Of a stretch of DNA of 64,000 bases, positions 19,749 to 30,604 are shown one piece after another (within the stretch, counting starts at the first letter, position 1; each line of letters starts with the position of its first letter). The position numbers and the translations under genes were made by a program. The notes under the pieces were generated by a model. That model saw only the letters and a list, made by a program, of their open reading frames with translations. It was not told where the DNA came from and searched no databases. The DNA comes from an uncultured Chloroflexia bacterium (GTDB taxonomy: Bacteria; Chloroflexota; Limnocylindria; Limnocylindrales; CSP1-4), in assembly GCA_963813535.1 (NCBI GenBank), contig CAWEZH010000002.1, forward strand, positions 864,001-928,000, written 5' to 3'.

Positions 19749-19760
19749 CACCACGCTCGC

Positions 19761-19809
19761 GCGCCGGCTCCGCCGGCGCTTGGGAGGGACCGGCGTCTGC
19801 CGGTCCCTC
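19761..19809 (+). terminator. Tandem GC hairpins after the SBP gene (mRNA stabiliser or attenuator)
   Basis: GCGCCGGC-TCC-GCCGGCGC (19761-19779) and GAGGGACCGGC-GTCT-GCCGGTCCCTC (19784-19809); no U-tract. Confidence 0.5.
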
Positions 19810-19831
19810 ACCACCACATCGGAGGAGACGG

Positions 19832-20914
19832 ATGGCGAGCACGACGACCGCGGCTCCAGCCGCACCCGGATCGGACCGACTCCGGCAGCTCTCCCTGGCC
19901 CAGCGCCTCCTGTCACGTCCCGCCACCGGGGCGCTGATCATCGTGGTGTTCGTCTGGGTCGTGTTCGCGGCGATCACGCTCGCGCGGGGAAGCACGGCCT
20001 TCATCAGCCTCGCCGGTACGCTCAACTACCTGGACGTGGCGGCCCAGGTGGGCATCATCGCCACGGCCGTCGCCCTGCTGATGATCGCGGGGGAGTTCGA
20101 CCTGTCGATCGGCTCGATGGTCGGGTTCGCCGGGATCATCATGGGCATCGGCGTCACCATCTGGCATCTGCCGGTCTGGCTCTCGATCCTGATGGCGATG
20201 GCGCTCGCGACGGTCTTCGGCGCCGTCAACGGGATCATCGTGGTGCGGACCGGTCTGCCCTCGTTCATCGTGACGCTGGCCACGTTGTTCATCATCCGGG
20301 GCGCGTCGTCAGTGCTCACCTCGATCGTGAGCCCGATCACTTACATCCCGATCGACCCCGTGCTGATCGCCAGCGACCCGCTGGCGTCGATCTTCGCGTG
20401 GAACTTCCCGATCCGGCTCGAGGATGGGGCGACGACCAGCATCCAGGTGTCGATCATCTTCTGGATCCTCATCGCGGTCGTCGGCATCTACGTGCTCGGC
20501 CGGACACGGTTCGGCAACTGGATCGCCGGCGTCGGCGGATCCGGAGCTGCGGCCCGCAACCTCGGCGTGCCCGTCGCGCGGGTCAAGATCGCGCTGTTCG
20601 CCCTGACCGGCCTCTCGGCAGCGATCCTCGCCGCCATACAAACGACGCGCTTCACATCGGCCGACATCCTGCGCGGCACCGGCTACGAGCTCGACGCGAT
20701 CACGACGGCGGTCATCGGCGGCTCGCTCCTGACCGGTGGGTATGGGTCCGTCGCCGGCACGGCACTCGGAGCCCTGGCCCTCGGCATGGCGCGCCAGGGC
20801 ATCGTCTTCGCTGACATCAACGCCGACTGGTACAAGATCGCGATCGGCACGCTGCTGCTCATCGCGGTCGTCCTCAACAACTGGATCCGGCGCAAGTTCG
20901 CCGGCCTGACGTAG
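19832..20914 (+). CDS. Sugar ABC permease, RbsC-like
   Basis: [33 protein letters not shown]. Confidence 0.93.
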   Translation: MASTTTAAPAAPGSDRLRQLSLAQRLLSRPATGALIIVVFVWVVFAAITLARGSTAFISLAGTLNYLDVAAQVGIIATAVALLMIAGEFDLSIGSMVGFAGIIMGIGVTIWHLPVWLSILMAMALATVFGAVNGIIVVRTGLPSFIVTLATLFIIRGASSVLTSIVSPITYIPIDPVLIASDPLASIFAWNFPIRLEDGATTSIQVSIIFWILIAVVGIYVLGRTRFGNWIAGVGGSGAAARNLGVPVARVKIALFALTGLSAAILAAIQTTRFTSADILRGTGYELDAITTAVIGGSLLTGGYGSVAGTALGALALGMARQGIVFADINADWYKIAIGTLLLIAVVLNNWIRRKFAGLT

Positions 20915-20927
20915 GAGGGCCGACCCC

Positions 20928-21842
<915 letters not shown>

Positions 21843-21894
21843 CGAGCGATCCGAGCGCCGGAGCCGTCCGGCATCGGAACGAAGGACCATAGCG

Positions 21895-22893
21895 ATGACG
21901 GCAACGATCGCCGATGTCGCAGCGAAGGCCGGGGTGTCGACGGCCACGGTCAGTCGCGTCCTGGCCGGTCTCGGCCACGCGCGACCGGAGACGCGGGCGC
22001 GCGTCCTCGAGGCCGCTCGCGATCTCGATTACCGGCCGTCGGAGGTCGCCCGCTCGCTCAAGCGTCGTTCGACGCAGACGCTCGGGCTGATCATCACGGA
22101 CATCGAGAACCCGTATTTCCCGCAGCTCGTGCGGTCGGTCGAGGACGCCGCACGAGCCGCCGGCTATTCGGTCCTGCTGTGTAACGCCGCGGACGACCCC
22201 GAGCGAGAGGCGTCGTACCTCGACCTGCTGGTCGACCGGCGCGTGGACGGCCTGGTCATCGCCGCGAGCAGCCTCGGCGTCCGTCAGGGCGACTGGCTCA
22301 CCGCCCCACCGATCCCGGTCGTGCTCGTGAACACGGCCGCCCCCGAGTCCGGACTGCCGACGATCATGTCGGACAACGAGCAAGGCGGCCGCATCGCCGC
22401 CGACCACCTGCTGGGTCGCGGGCACCGGCTGTTCGGCTACCTCATGCCGCCGCCACGGAACGTCGACGCACCCGATCGTCTCGCCGGTGTGCGCAGCGCT
22501 CTGGCCGACGCCGGCTGTCCGGGGGATGCCCTGACGATCACCCATGGTGAGGCGCTGGTCGGGGGCGGTGAGGCAGCGACCGAGGAGCTGCTCGACCTGG
22601 CACCGGGCACGACGGCGATCGTGGCCTACAACGACCTGATGGCGATCGGCGCGATCAGGGCGCTTCGACGGCGTGGCCGACGGGTGCCCGTCGATACGAG
22701 CGTGGTCGGCTTCGACGACGTGCCCCTCGCCACGTACGTCGATCCGGCGCTGACCACGATCTCGCAACGCACGGACGAGATGGGCCGCTGGGCCGTGGAA
22801 CGCCTCATCGGTGAGAACGGCGTCGGGCCATCGTCGGTGCGGCTGCCGGTCGATCTCCAGGTCCGCGACTCGACGGGACCAGTGCCCGGCTGA
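21895..22893 (+). CDS. LacI-family transcriptional regulator
   Basis: TIADVAAKAGVSTATVSRVL, NPYF, NDLMAIG, VVGFDD. Confidence 0.95.
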   Translation: MTATIADVAAKAGVSTATVSRVLAGLGHARPETRARVLEAARDLDYRPSEVARSLKRRSTQTLGLIITDIENPYFPQLVRSVEDAARAAGYSVLLCNAADDPEREASYLDLLVDRRVDGLVIAASSLGVRQGDWLTAPPIPVVLVNTAAPESGLPTIMSDNEQGGRIAADHLLGRGHRLFGYLMPPPRNVDAPDRLAGVRSALADAGCPGDALTITHGEALVGGGEAATEELLDLAPGTTAIVAYNDLMAIGAIRALRRRGRRVPVDTSVVGFDDVPLATYVDPALTTISQRTDEMGRWAVERLIGENGVGPSSVRLPVDLQVRDSTGPVPG

Positions 22894-22899
22894 AGGCCA

Positions 22900-23868
22900 C
22901 TACTGGCGCCTGTCCTCCACGCCGACCTGGGCGGTCAGGCTGGGCACGACCGCGCGGCGGACCCGTTCGCGCGCTCGCCGGACGAGCACCGACGTGCGGT
23001 CCGGGACACCGGCCAGGCCGACGTCCTCGACCGCGAGCGATCCGGCAGCAGCGGCGAAGCGCAGGGCTCGGGCCGGCGATGTGCCCGGCGAAGCGGCGAC
23101 TCTCGGCCGCACGAACACGGCGAGCAACGCGGCCAGGAACGTGTCCCCTGCCCCGGTCGGATCGACCTCGCCTTCGGTCGGGGTCGGCAGATAGCGGAGC
23201 ACCTCGACCGGACCGTCATCGCCGGTCGTGACGAGCAAGCCACCGTGACCACCCTGTGTGACCAGCAGGCGCGCACCGGGATGGAGGAACCGCGAGAGGT
23301 CGCCGAGCGACGTGTCCCGCGCCACGTCGAGGTGGCTGAGACCGACGAGGTCGGCGCGGCGGAGGATAGCCCGATCGCTCGGCGCCACCCGCTCGACATG
23401 GGCGCCGGCAACGAGCCGGCGAAGCATGCCCTGCCACGCGACGGCGACGATCGCGTCGGGTCCGATCGCCTCGACCCAGTCGTCGTGCACCTCGTCGGCG
23501 ACCGGCACCAGCGACCACGACCGACTGGCCAGCCACGACGACGGCAGCGACACCGGCCGGACCGGCACGCCGACCGCCATGGACGTCTGACGTCGACCCT
23601 GCGGCGTCTCCTGGTTGTGGAAGATCGGCCCCTCGGGCAGGTCGACCGCGAGCACGTCGACGCCGGCATCGCGCATCTCATCGAGCTCGTGAGCGGTCGA
23701 CGCCTCGCGGTCGACACCGACCACCGCTGCCGTCCGGAGACCGAGCCGGGCGGTGGTCAACGCCGCGTACGTCACGCCGCCGCCCAGACGCCAGCCGCGC
23801 GGATCATCCGGCGCGATATCGCGCGCGGCCGACCCGACATGGACGACCTCGACGTGCGGTGACGGCAT
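22900..23868 (-). CDS. PfkB-family carbohydrate kinase
   Basis: GGGVTYAA..ARLG, DPTGAGDTF; GGAGG SD. Confidence 0.88.
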   Translation of the reverse strand: MPSPHVEVVHVGSAARDIAPDDPRGWRLGGGVTYAALTTARLGLRTAAVVGVDREASTAHELDEMRDAGVDVLAVDLPEGPIFHNQETPQGRRQTSMAVGVPVRPVSLPSSWLASRSWSLVPVADEVHDDWVEAIGPDAIVAVAWQGMLRRLVAGAHVERVAPSDRAILRRADLVGLSHLDVARDTSLGDLSRFLHPGARLLVTQGGHGGLLVTTGDDGPVEVLRYLPTPTEGEVDPTGAGDTFLAALLAVFVRPRVAASPGTSPARALRFAAAAGSLAVEDVGLAGVPDRTSVLVRRARERVRRAVVPSLTAQVGVEDRRQ

Positions 23869-23965
23869 CGGACCTCCCTCGTGCTCGAGCGGGCGCCTGA
23901 GCTCAGGGCCACCGAGCGGTGCGGCGTATACTGCCGCACCCGAACGCAACGATGAGGCTGCCCAC

Positions 23966-24352
23966 GTGTTCTTCTACGAGCTCCACGAAGGCGACGACGA
24001 GGTCTATTCGGACGTCCTCGTGGTCAGCGAGTCGGAGTGGGAGCCGCAGGAGTTCTTCGACCTCGTGCAGCGCATCCGGCACGACGTCCAGGACGGCTAT
24101 GAGCAGGAGAGCCTGATCGAAGCCATCGCCACGGTCCTCGAGCGTGACTACGGGTTCATCTTCGTCAGCGACGATCGGCTCGGCGCCGCGGTCAACGTCT
24201 CGAAGCAGGAAGACGACAACTTCCTCGCCGAGCTCGAGACCGACGAAGACGATGACGACGATGACGACGACGAGATCGACGAGGGCAAGCCACGGGGTGA
24301 CTTCCGCACGGTCCTCGCCGACTTCGACCCCGACCTCGGGCCGTTGAACTGA
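23966..24352 (+). CDS. Hypothetical acidic protein
   Basis: GTG start (VFFYELHEGD...), typical coding codon usage, poly-Asp tract. Confidence 0.7.
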   Translation: MFFYELHEGDDEVYSDVLVVSESEWEPQEFFDLVQRIRHDVQDGYEQESLIEAIATVLERDYGFIFVSDDRLGAAVNVSKQEDDNFLAELETDEDDDDDDDDEIDEGKPRGDFRTVLADFDPDLGPLN

Positions 24353-24355
24353 GCC

Positions 24356-25459
24356 TCAGCGGCTGAAGAGGATCTCCACCACGTCGCCGTCCTTCACCCG
24401 GTAGGTCTTCCCCTCCGAGCGAAGGCGGCCGGCCTTCCTGGCCTCGGCCAGTGACCCGAGCGTCACGAGGTCGTCGTATGCCACGGTCTCCGCCCGGATG
24501 AAGCCCTTGGCCAGGTCGGTGTGGATCGTTCCAGCGGCGTCGACCGCGGTGGAGCCGTCGGGGATCGGCCAGGCACGGACCTCGTCGGGTCCGGCGGTCA
24601 GGAACGACACGAGGCCGAGCAGGCGATACGACAGGGCGATGACCCGGTCCAGGCCGGACTCGCTGATCCCGAGCTCCTCCATGAACACCCCGGCCTCGTC
24701 GGGCTCGAGCTCGCCGAGCTCCATCTCGATCTTCGCCGAGAGCGCGTCGACCAGGGCGTGTCGATGCGGGTAGCCGGTGGTGATGCGGTCGACGAGCGAC
24801 GGTGCGGTCGCCAGGTCGCTCTCTCCGATGTTGAGCAGCACCAACACCGGCTTCTCGGTGAGGAACCGGAAGCCGCGGATGGCCTTCGACTCGTCCGGAT
24901 CCAGCCCGAGGTCGCGGATCGGCGTGCCCGCCTCGAGGCCCTCGTGGATGCGACGCAGCACGACCTCTTCGCGCTCGGCCGCCTCGCGCTCGGCCTGCGT
25001 GCCGTGGCGACCGCTGCCCTGTAGCCGTTCGAGGCGGCGCTCGGTCATCGCCAGGTCGGCCAGGGTGAACTCCAGGTCGAGCTGCTCGAGGTCGCGCCCC
25101 GGGTCCACGCTGCCGGCCACGTGCGGGTTCGACGGGTCCTCGAACGCGCGGACCACGTGGAGCAACGCATCGGAGTCACGGAGCCGCGCGAGGTGGTCGG
25201 CCGGCAGCTCCTCGGTCCCCACGCGACCCTCGGATGACGCGGGCGGTGCCGGCAGGTCGACGTACGTGACGTCGGCCTGGACGACCTTCTTGGGCTTGAA
25301 GATCTCCGCCAGGCGGTCGAGGCGGTCGTCGGGGACCTTGACGACCCCCACATTGAGGGTGACCCCGCCATAGCCGCCCGTCTCGGCGTGCCCGCGGGTC
25401 AGCGTGTTGAAGACGGTGGTCTTGCCGCTGCCGGCAAGCCCGACGATGGCGATCTGCAT
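24356..25459 (-). CDS. ychF: Redox-regulated ATPase YchF
   Basis: IAIVGLAGSGKTT, VPDDRLD, FLTAGPDEVRAW, AAGTIHTDLAKGFIRAE, EGKTYRVKDGD. Confidence 0.93.
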   Translation of the reverse strand: MQIAIVGLAGSGKTTVFNTLTRGHAETGGYGGVTLNVGVVKVPDDRLDRLAEIFKPKKVVQADVTYVDLPAPPASSEGRVGTEELPADHLARLRDSDALLHVVRAFEDPSNPHVAGSVDPGRDLEQLDLEFTLADLAMTERRLERLQGSGRHGTQAEREAAEREEVVLRRIHEGLEAGTPIRDLGLDPDESKAIRGFRFLTEKPVLVLLNIGESDLATAPSLVDRITTGYPHRHALVDALSAKIEMELGELEPDEAGVFMEELGISESGLDRVIALSYRLLGLVSFLTAGPDEVRAWPIPDGSTAVDAAGTIHTDLAKGFIRAETVAYDDLVTLGSLAEARKAGRLRSEGKTYRVKDGDVVEILFSR

Positions 25460-25460
25460 G

Positions 25461-26516
25461 TCAGTAGCCCGCGGCTGGATCGACGACGTTGAGCAGCGGC
25501 TCGCCTTTCGAGAACCGGCGCAGGTTGTCGCAGAACAGCTCCACGCTGCGGTCCAGGACCCGCCCGCTCGACCACGCCGTGTGCGGTGTGACGATGACGT
25601 TGGGCAGGTCGTAGAACGACGACATCGGCGGCAGCGGCTCGTCGCGGAACGTGTCGAGCACCGCACCCCCCAGCGGACCATCGCGCAACGCTCGGAGCAG
25701 CGCTCGGTCGTCGATCAGACGGCCGCGCGCGACGTTGATGAGCCACGCGCCGGGCTTGACCATCGCGAGCGTCTCGGCGTTGATCATGTCTTCGGTCTCG
25801 GGTGTCAGCGGGGCCGCCAGCACGATGAAATCGGACTCCCCGAGGAGCTCGGCCAGGGTGTCCGGCCCGCCGACACGATCGAGCACCACCTCACCGAACG
25901 AGCCGTCATCCGCGGCTTCCGCCGTCGCATCGGCGCCAGCTGCGCTGTCCGGTCTGCGCCGGACCGCGACGACCCGGCAGCCGAAGGCTGTCGCGAGCGC
26001 CCCGACCGCCCGGCCGATCGAGCCCAGCCCGACGATCCCGACGGTCACGTCGCGCAGCTCGGCGCCCTCGAGCGGCTGCCACGTGCGCTCCCGCTGCAGC
26101 TCGAGCAGCTGTGGCAGTCGACGGCTGACTGCCAGGATCATCATCAGGACGTACTCGGCGATCGGCCGGCTGAACACGCCGCGGGCGTTGGTGACGATCA
26201 GCCCGCGCTCGCGCGACGCCGGCGTGAGCGCGCGTTCCACGCCCGACGTGGCGGAATGGACCCAGGCGAGCCTTGGTGCCCGGGCGAGCAGCCGATCGAA
26301 CGCATCGGAGCTGAGCCAGCCCCGAAGCATGACCTCGACGTCGTCGAGCGGGCCATCGGCCAGCCCTTCCACCGACACGGTCACGAGACGGGCACCGGGT
26401 GCCGCCGCGCGGATCCGCTCCAGATCGCGTGACCGATAGCGTGCGGAGAGGATCGGGCTGAGGGCAACGGCGGTCGGCGCACCGCCGGGACCGCTTCCCG
26501 GACCCGCCGCCGTCAC
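25461..26516 (-). CDS. D-2-hydroxyacid dehydrogenase
   Basis: TNARG, GLGSIG, PLTPET, INVARG, EPLP, TPH. Confidence 0.9.
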   Translation of the reverse strand: MTAAGPGSGPGGAPTAVALSPILSARYRSRDLERIRAAAPGARLVTVSVEGLADGPLDDVEVMLRGWLSSDAFDRLLARAPRLAWVHSATSGVERALTPASRERGLIVTNARGVFSRPIAEYVLMMILAVSRRLPQLLELQRERTWQPLEGAELRDVTVGIVGLGSIGRAVGALATAFGCRVVAVRRRPDSAAGADATAEAADDGSFGEVVLDRVGGPDTLAELLGESDFIVLAAPLTPETEDMINAETLAMVKPGAWLINVARGRLIDDRALLRALRDGPLGGAVLDTFRDEPLPPMSSFYDLPNVIVTPHTAWSSGRVLDRSVELFCDNLRRFSKGEPLLNVVDPAAGY

Positions 26517-27736
26517 GTGGCCCGGCCGGGCGCGGGCAGGGCCGGTACCCCGTCCAGCACCCTGGCGATCCACCGTTCGGGCGCCTCGATCTCACCGTCT
26601 CGCGGGAGGCTCTCGGGCCCAGCCCACAACCTGGTCAGCGCCTCCGGACCGCGTGCCGACGCGACCGCGCGCACGAACGTCTCGCCCTTCTTGTACTGCT
26701 CGAGCTTGAGGTCCATCCCGGTCAGACGGAGCATCGCCCGCTCGAACGGCGTGCGCTTGGCGCGACGCTCGTCGAACTTCGCGCGGATCCGCTCGACATC
26801 GGGGACGAGCTCGTGACCGACCTCGTCCATCACGTAGTCGCTGAAGCCCTCGAGCAGGCTCATGACGGCCTGCGTCTCGCGGAACACGGCCTTCTGCTCC
26901 TCGCCCATCAGCCGCTCGAGCCAATGCTCACCGCCACCCTCGCCGCGCAGCGCGCGACCCAACCCGCGGATGGCCTCGCGACCCATGCCCCGGACGTCAC
27001 GCCCGAACAGGCTTAGCTGTCGCTCGAGGCGGGACGCAAGATACGGACGCAGCCACGGGTGCGCCTCGAACTCGAAGGCATGGGTCGTCTCGTGCAGCGC
27101 GATCCAGGTCCGGAACGAGTCGAGCGGCACACCGAGGCCCCGGGCGGTCTGGCGGATGTTCTCCTCGACGAACAGGAGCCGGCCCGGCGCCGCCTCGGCC
27201 GACAACAGTGCGAGGTCGTACTGACCGAGCACCCGCTGGCCCATGAAGCCCAGGAGCATGCCCAGCTGGCGGGTCGTGATCCAGCGGTTGGCGAGGGCCA
27301 TCGCGGCAACGGTCAGCCCGCCGCCCACCGGCACGACCTGGTCGAGCAGATCGTGCTCGAGCTTGCCGATCAGCGACGCGAACGACGCGGTATTGGCACG
27401 GACCCATCCGGCCCGATCGACGACGCCCGAACGCTCGACGACGCCCGGGAGCTGCGTCCCGAGCGCCGCCGACAGGGCCGGCACGATGCGGGCCATCGCG
27501 TCGGCATAGTCCGTCTCCGTGCGGCGCAGCTCGTCCGGGCTCAGGGCGCCGGGCGCCCGCTCGAGCCGACCGATGGCCAGCCGCTCGACGGTCGCCCAGT
27601 CGACGAGCCCCTCGCGCGCGCGTCGCTCCATCTGGCGTCCGACGACCGTGGCCGCAGCCCCGAGCGCCGAGCCGATGAGGAGCCCGGCCTGCCACGCCCG
27701 GTCGTCGCGCCATGAGGTCGACGGTCGCTTGGTCAT
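26513..27736 (-). CDS. Zinc-dependent metalloprotease (zincin, DUF2342-like)
   Basis: VLGQYD, WIALHETTHAFEF, MSLLEGFSDYVMD, KLEQY. Confidence 0.85.
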   Translation of the reverse strand: MTKRPSTSWRDDRAWQAGLLIGSALGAAATVVGRQMERRAREGLVDWATVERLAIGRLERAPGALSPDELRRTETDYADAMARIVPALSAALGTQLPGVVERSGVVDRAGWVRANTASFASLIGKLEHDLLDQVVPVGGGLTVAAMALANRWITTRQLGMLLGFMGQRVLGQYDLALLSAEAAPGRLLFVEENIRQTARGLGVPLDSFRTWIALHETTHAFEFEAHPWLRPYLASRLERQLSLFGRDVRGMGREAIRGLGRALRGEGGGEHWLERLMGEEQKAVFRETQAVMSLLEGFSDYVMDEVGHELVPDVERIRAKFDERRAKRTPFERAMLRLTGMDLKLEQYKKGETFVRAVASARGPEALTRLWAGPESLPRDGEIEAPERWIARVLDGVPALPAPGRAT

Positions 27737-28593
27737 CGCGCGAGCGCCCCGAGCTCGACTGCCTCGACCGATACGAAGTCCGGCCCGAACAGGCGCCCCG
27801 CGAGCGCTTCGAAGTGCGCTGGATCGCCCGTCGTCAGCTGCGCGTGGACCGGTGAACCCCCGACCGGTGCATCCAATCCGTTGACGCTCAGCAGCTCCGA
27901 GAGCGCCGACGCCGTCGCCGTCGCGGAGTCGACGATCGCGACGCCCTCTCCGACCACGCCGGCGATGACCGGGCCGAGGAGCGGGTAGTGGGTGCAGCCG
28001 AGGAGGAGCGTGTCGATCGTGGCGCCCGGGGGCCGCGGGAAGATCGACTCGCCGTCGCCGTCCCGCTCACCCACCAGTGGGGTCAGGGCTTCGGCCACCG
28101 TCCGCTCCGCGACCTCGCCGCTGAGCGTCCCCGCCTCGACCATCGGCACGAGTGCCGGGGTGGCGTGCTCGTAGACCTCGACGGCCGGGTTCTCGTCCTT
28201 GATCGCGTTGAAGTAGGCATGCGAGCGGATCGTCGCCGGCGTGGCGATCACCCCGACTCGACGGTTGCGCGTCGCCAGCGCCGCCGCCGCCGCACCCGGA
28301 CGGATCACGCCCAGCACGGGCAGGGCGTAGCGTCGCCGAAAGGCCGCCAGACCGACAGCGGTGGAGGTGTTGCAGGCGACGACCAGCGCCTTGACGTCGC
28401 GCTCGACCAGCGCGTCCAACGACTGGGTCGAGAACGCGAGGACCTCATCGTCGGTCCGTGTGCCGTACGGCGCCCGGTCGTTGTCGCCCAGGTAGACAGT
28501 CGGTTCCGACGGAGAGCGACGGATGATCTCGCGCAGGACGGTCAGGCCGCCGACTCCGGAGTCGAACACACCGATCGCTCGTGCGTCGGTCAC
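27733..28593 (-). CDS. murI: Glutamate racemase
   Basis: IGVFDSGVGGLTV, PYG, VACNT, LGCTHYP. Confidence 0.95.
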   Translation of the reverse strand: MTDARAIGVFDSGVGGLTVLREIIRRSPSEPTVYLGDNDRAPYGTRTDDEVLAFSTQSLDALVERDVKALVVACNTSTAVGLAAFRRRYALPVLGVIRPGAAAAALATRNRRVGVIATPATIRSHAYFNAIKDENPAVEVYEHATPALVPMVEAGTLSGEVAERTVAEALTPLVGERDGDGESIFPRPPGATIDTLLLGCTHYPLLGPVIAGVVGEGVAIVDSATATASALSELLSVNGLDAPVGGSPVHAQLTTGDPAHFEALAGRLFGPDFVSVEAVELGALAR

Positions 28594-28600
28594 GGCGCTC

Positions 28601-29761
28601 CTAGCGGCGACCGGCGGCGACCGGGACACGGGCCGCCCCGAGCAGCTCGGTGGCGACCCGGACCACGTCCTGGCTGATGGCTGCGCTGGGATCGGCAAGG
28701 ATGAACGGCACGCCCTCGTTGTTGGAGCGGACCACGAGCTGGCCGTCCGAGACCACGCGATGCTCCGGCACGCGACCCAGGGCGCGCTGGAGGTCGTCGG
28801 CCTCGATGCCACCGTGGCTGTCCGCCCGGTTCACGAGGTAGTGGACCTTGGTCGCCGGATAGCCGATCGAACGGAACGTGTCGGCCATGGCGATCGTGTT
28901 GTGGATCGTCGTCGAGTCGTATGTGACGATCTCGACGATCGTGTCGCTCGAGTCCATGAAGCCGAGATTGATGTCGTTGATCGAGCTCGACATGTCGATG
29001 ACGATCACCGAATAGACGCGGCGCAGCAGCGAGAGGACCTTCTCGATGTCGCGCGGGGTGATCATCTCCGCCATCTCGATCCGCGGCGGGGCGAGCAGGA
29101 TGTCGATGCCGGAGGGGTCGCGCCAGAGGACGTCGGTCAGATCCGCTTCCGAGATGCGGTCCGTCGGCAGGTCGAGGATCGATGGCGCGTCGATGGGGAC
29201 CTTCAGCAGCGCCCGAAGGTCGCCGAACTGGACGCTGCCGTCGATGACCACGGTCCGCAGCTCCATCTGGGCCATCGCGACGGCGAGGTTGAACGCGATC
29301 GTGGTCTTGCCGACGCCGCCCTTCGGGGCGAAGACGGAGATCACGCGCGTGTGACCCACCGGGGACGTCTCGGCGAACGCCTTCTTGACGCCGGAGATCT
29401 TGTTCATCAACTCGAAGCCGGAGAACGGCATCGACAGGACGGCATGGACGCCCTTCGCCGGATCGACCTCGATCGGGTTCTGGGGCACGGTCAGCACGAT
29501 GACTGGCACGTTCAGGCCGGCGGCGTGGATCTGCTCGACGAGCTTGGGTCCCTTGATGCGGCCCTGGAGCAGCGCATCGACCATCACCACGTCCGGTCGG
29601 AGCTGCGCGATCTGCTCGACCGCACGCCCGCCGTCGGACAGGACATCGAGCAACTTCACCACCTGCTGGGCGTTCAGCAGCCCGCGGATGTACTGGGCGA
29701 CTTGAGGCACGTCCTCGACGATCAGGAGGCGCGTCTGGTCGCTGCTCGAACCACTCGACAT
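28601..29761 (-). CDS. Receiver domain plus MinD/ParA ATPase (CpaE/TadZ-like)
   Basis: N-terminal LIVED...VMVD receiver; PKGGVGKTT deviant Walker A; QFGD; NEGVPF. Confidence 0.85.
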   Translation of the reverse strand: MSSGSSSDQTRLLIVEDVPQVAQYIRGLLNAQQVVKLLDVLSDGGRAVEQIAQLRPDVVMVDALLQGRIKGPKLVEQIHAAGLNVPVIVLTVPQNPIEVDPAKGVHAVLSMPFSGFELMNKISGVKKAFAETSPVGHTRVISVFAPKGGVGKTTIAFNLAVAMAQMELRTVVIDGSVQFGDLRALLKVPIDAPSILDLPTDRISEADLTDVLWRDPSGIDILLAPPRIEMAEMITPRDIEKVLSLLRRVYSVIVIDMSSSINDINLGFMDSSDTIVEIVTYDSTTIHNTIAMADTFRSIGYPATKVHYLVNRADSHGGIEADDLQRALGRVPEHRVVSDGQLVVRSNNEGVPFILADPSAAISQDVVRVATELLGAARVPVAAGRR

Positions 29762-29815
29762 GGGGCTCGACGATACCACGGGGCTACCTGAACGACGCGG
29801 ACCGCGCCGGGGTCA

Positions 29816-30604
29816 TCACGGCCGCTCCGCGATGACGACCGCGCGCTCCGAGCCGGGCCCGATCGGTGTCAGGTCGTAGCCGCCCGCGACGATCTCGACG
29901 CGCAGGCCGGCGTCCTCCGCGAACCACGCGAGCTCCTCGGCCGAGACGAGTCGCAATCGGTCCTGGCGGATCCAGCGGCGCGGCGTGCCACCGTGCGCTG
30001 CCTCGTCGAAGAACGCGGTCAGCACCATCGTCGCCGTGGCCGCGTCGTGCACCGCCGAGCCGGTCTTCGTGACCAACGTCCCGCTCGCCGGATCCTCGCG
30101 GATCCACTCGAGGATCAGCCGGCCGTCGTATCGCCCGAGGTCATCGCCGTCGGGCAGCCACGCGTCGACCACGGCGATGCCACCCGGGCGCAGGTGGGCG
30201 GCCAGCGTGCGGAACGCCTCGCGTTGCGCGTCCCTGGTAGGCAGCAGCATGATCGAGTTCAGCGCGAGGACCGCGAGGGCATGACGGGGCGTGCCCGCCG
30301 GTCGGAGGCCGACGAGGTCCGCCTCGACGAGCTCGAGCTGCCCGTCGGCAAGCCCCGCGTCCGACGAGCGGCGACGCGCCCTCGCGAGCATCTGCGGGTC
30401 GACGTCGACGGCCGTGACCTCGTGGCCGGCGAGGGCGAGCGGGACGGCGAGCCGACCACTCCCCGCGGCGAGCTCGAGGATCGGGCCGTCGGCCCGGTCG
30501 GCCAGCGCCCGGTACAGGTCCAGGTCGCCCGGGTCGTCCTGGAGGTCGAGGTCGTAGAACCGAGCGAGCTCGCTGGCGGTGGCAGGATCGGGCGGCTCGA
30601 TCAA
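29816..30604 (-). CDS. Class I SAM-dependent methyltransferase
   Basis: ARFYD, ILELAAGSGR, AVDVDPQML, HLRPGG. Confidence 0.88.
   Translation of the reverse strand: MIEPPDPATASELARFYDLDLQDDPGDLDLYRALADRADGPILELAAGSGRLAVPLALAGHEVTAVDVDPQMLARARRRSSDAGLADGQLELVEADLVGLRPAGTPRHALAVLALNSIMLLPTRDAQREAFRTLAAHLRPGGIAVVDAWLPDGDDLGRYDGRLILEWIREDPASGTLVTKTGSAVHDAATATMVLTAFFDEAAHGGTPRRWIRQDRLRLVSAEELAWFAEDAGLRVEIVAGGYDLTPIGPGSERAVVIAERP

Noticed and set aside
22900-23868. PfkB kinase as the missing iolC
   Set aside because: Opposite strand, separate promoter, no operator seen, generic PfkB sequence; not fully excluded
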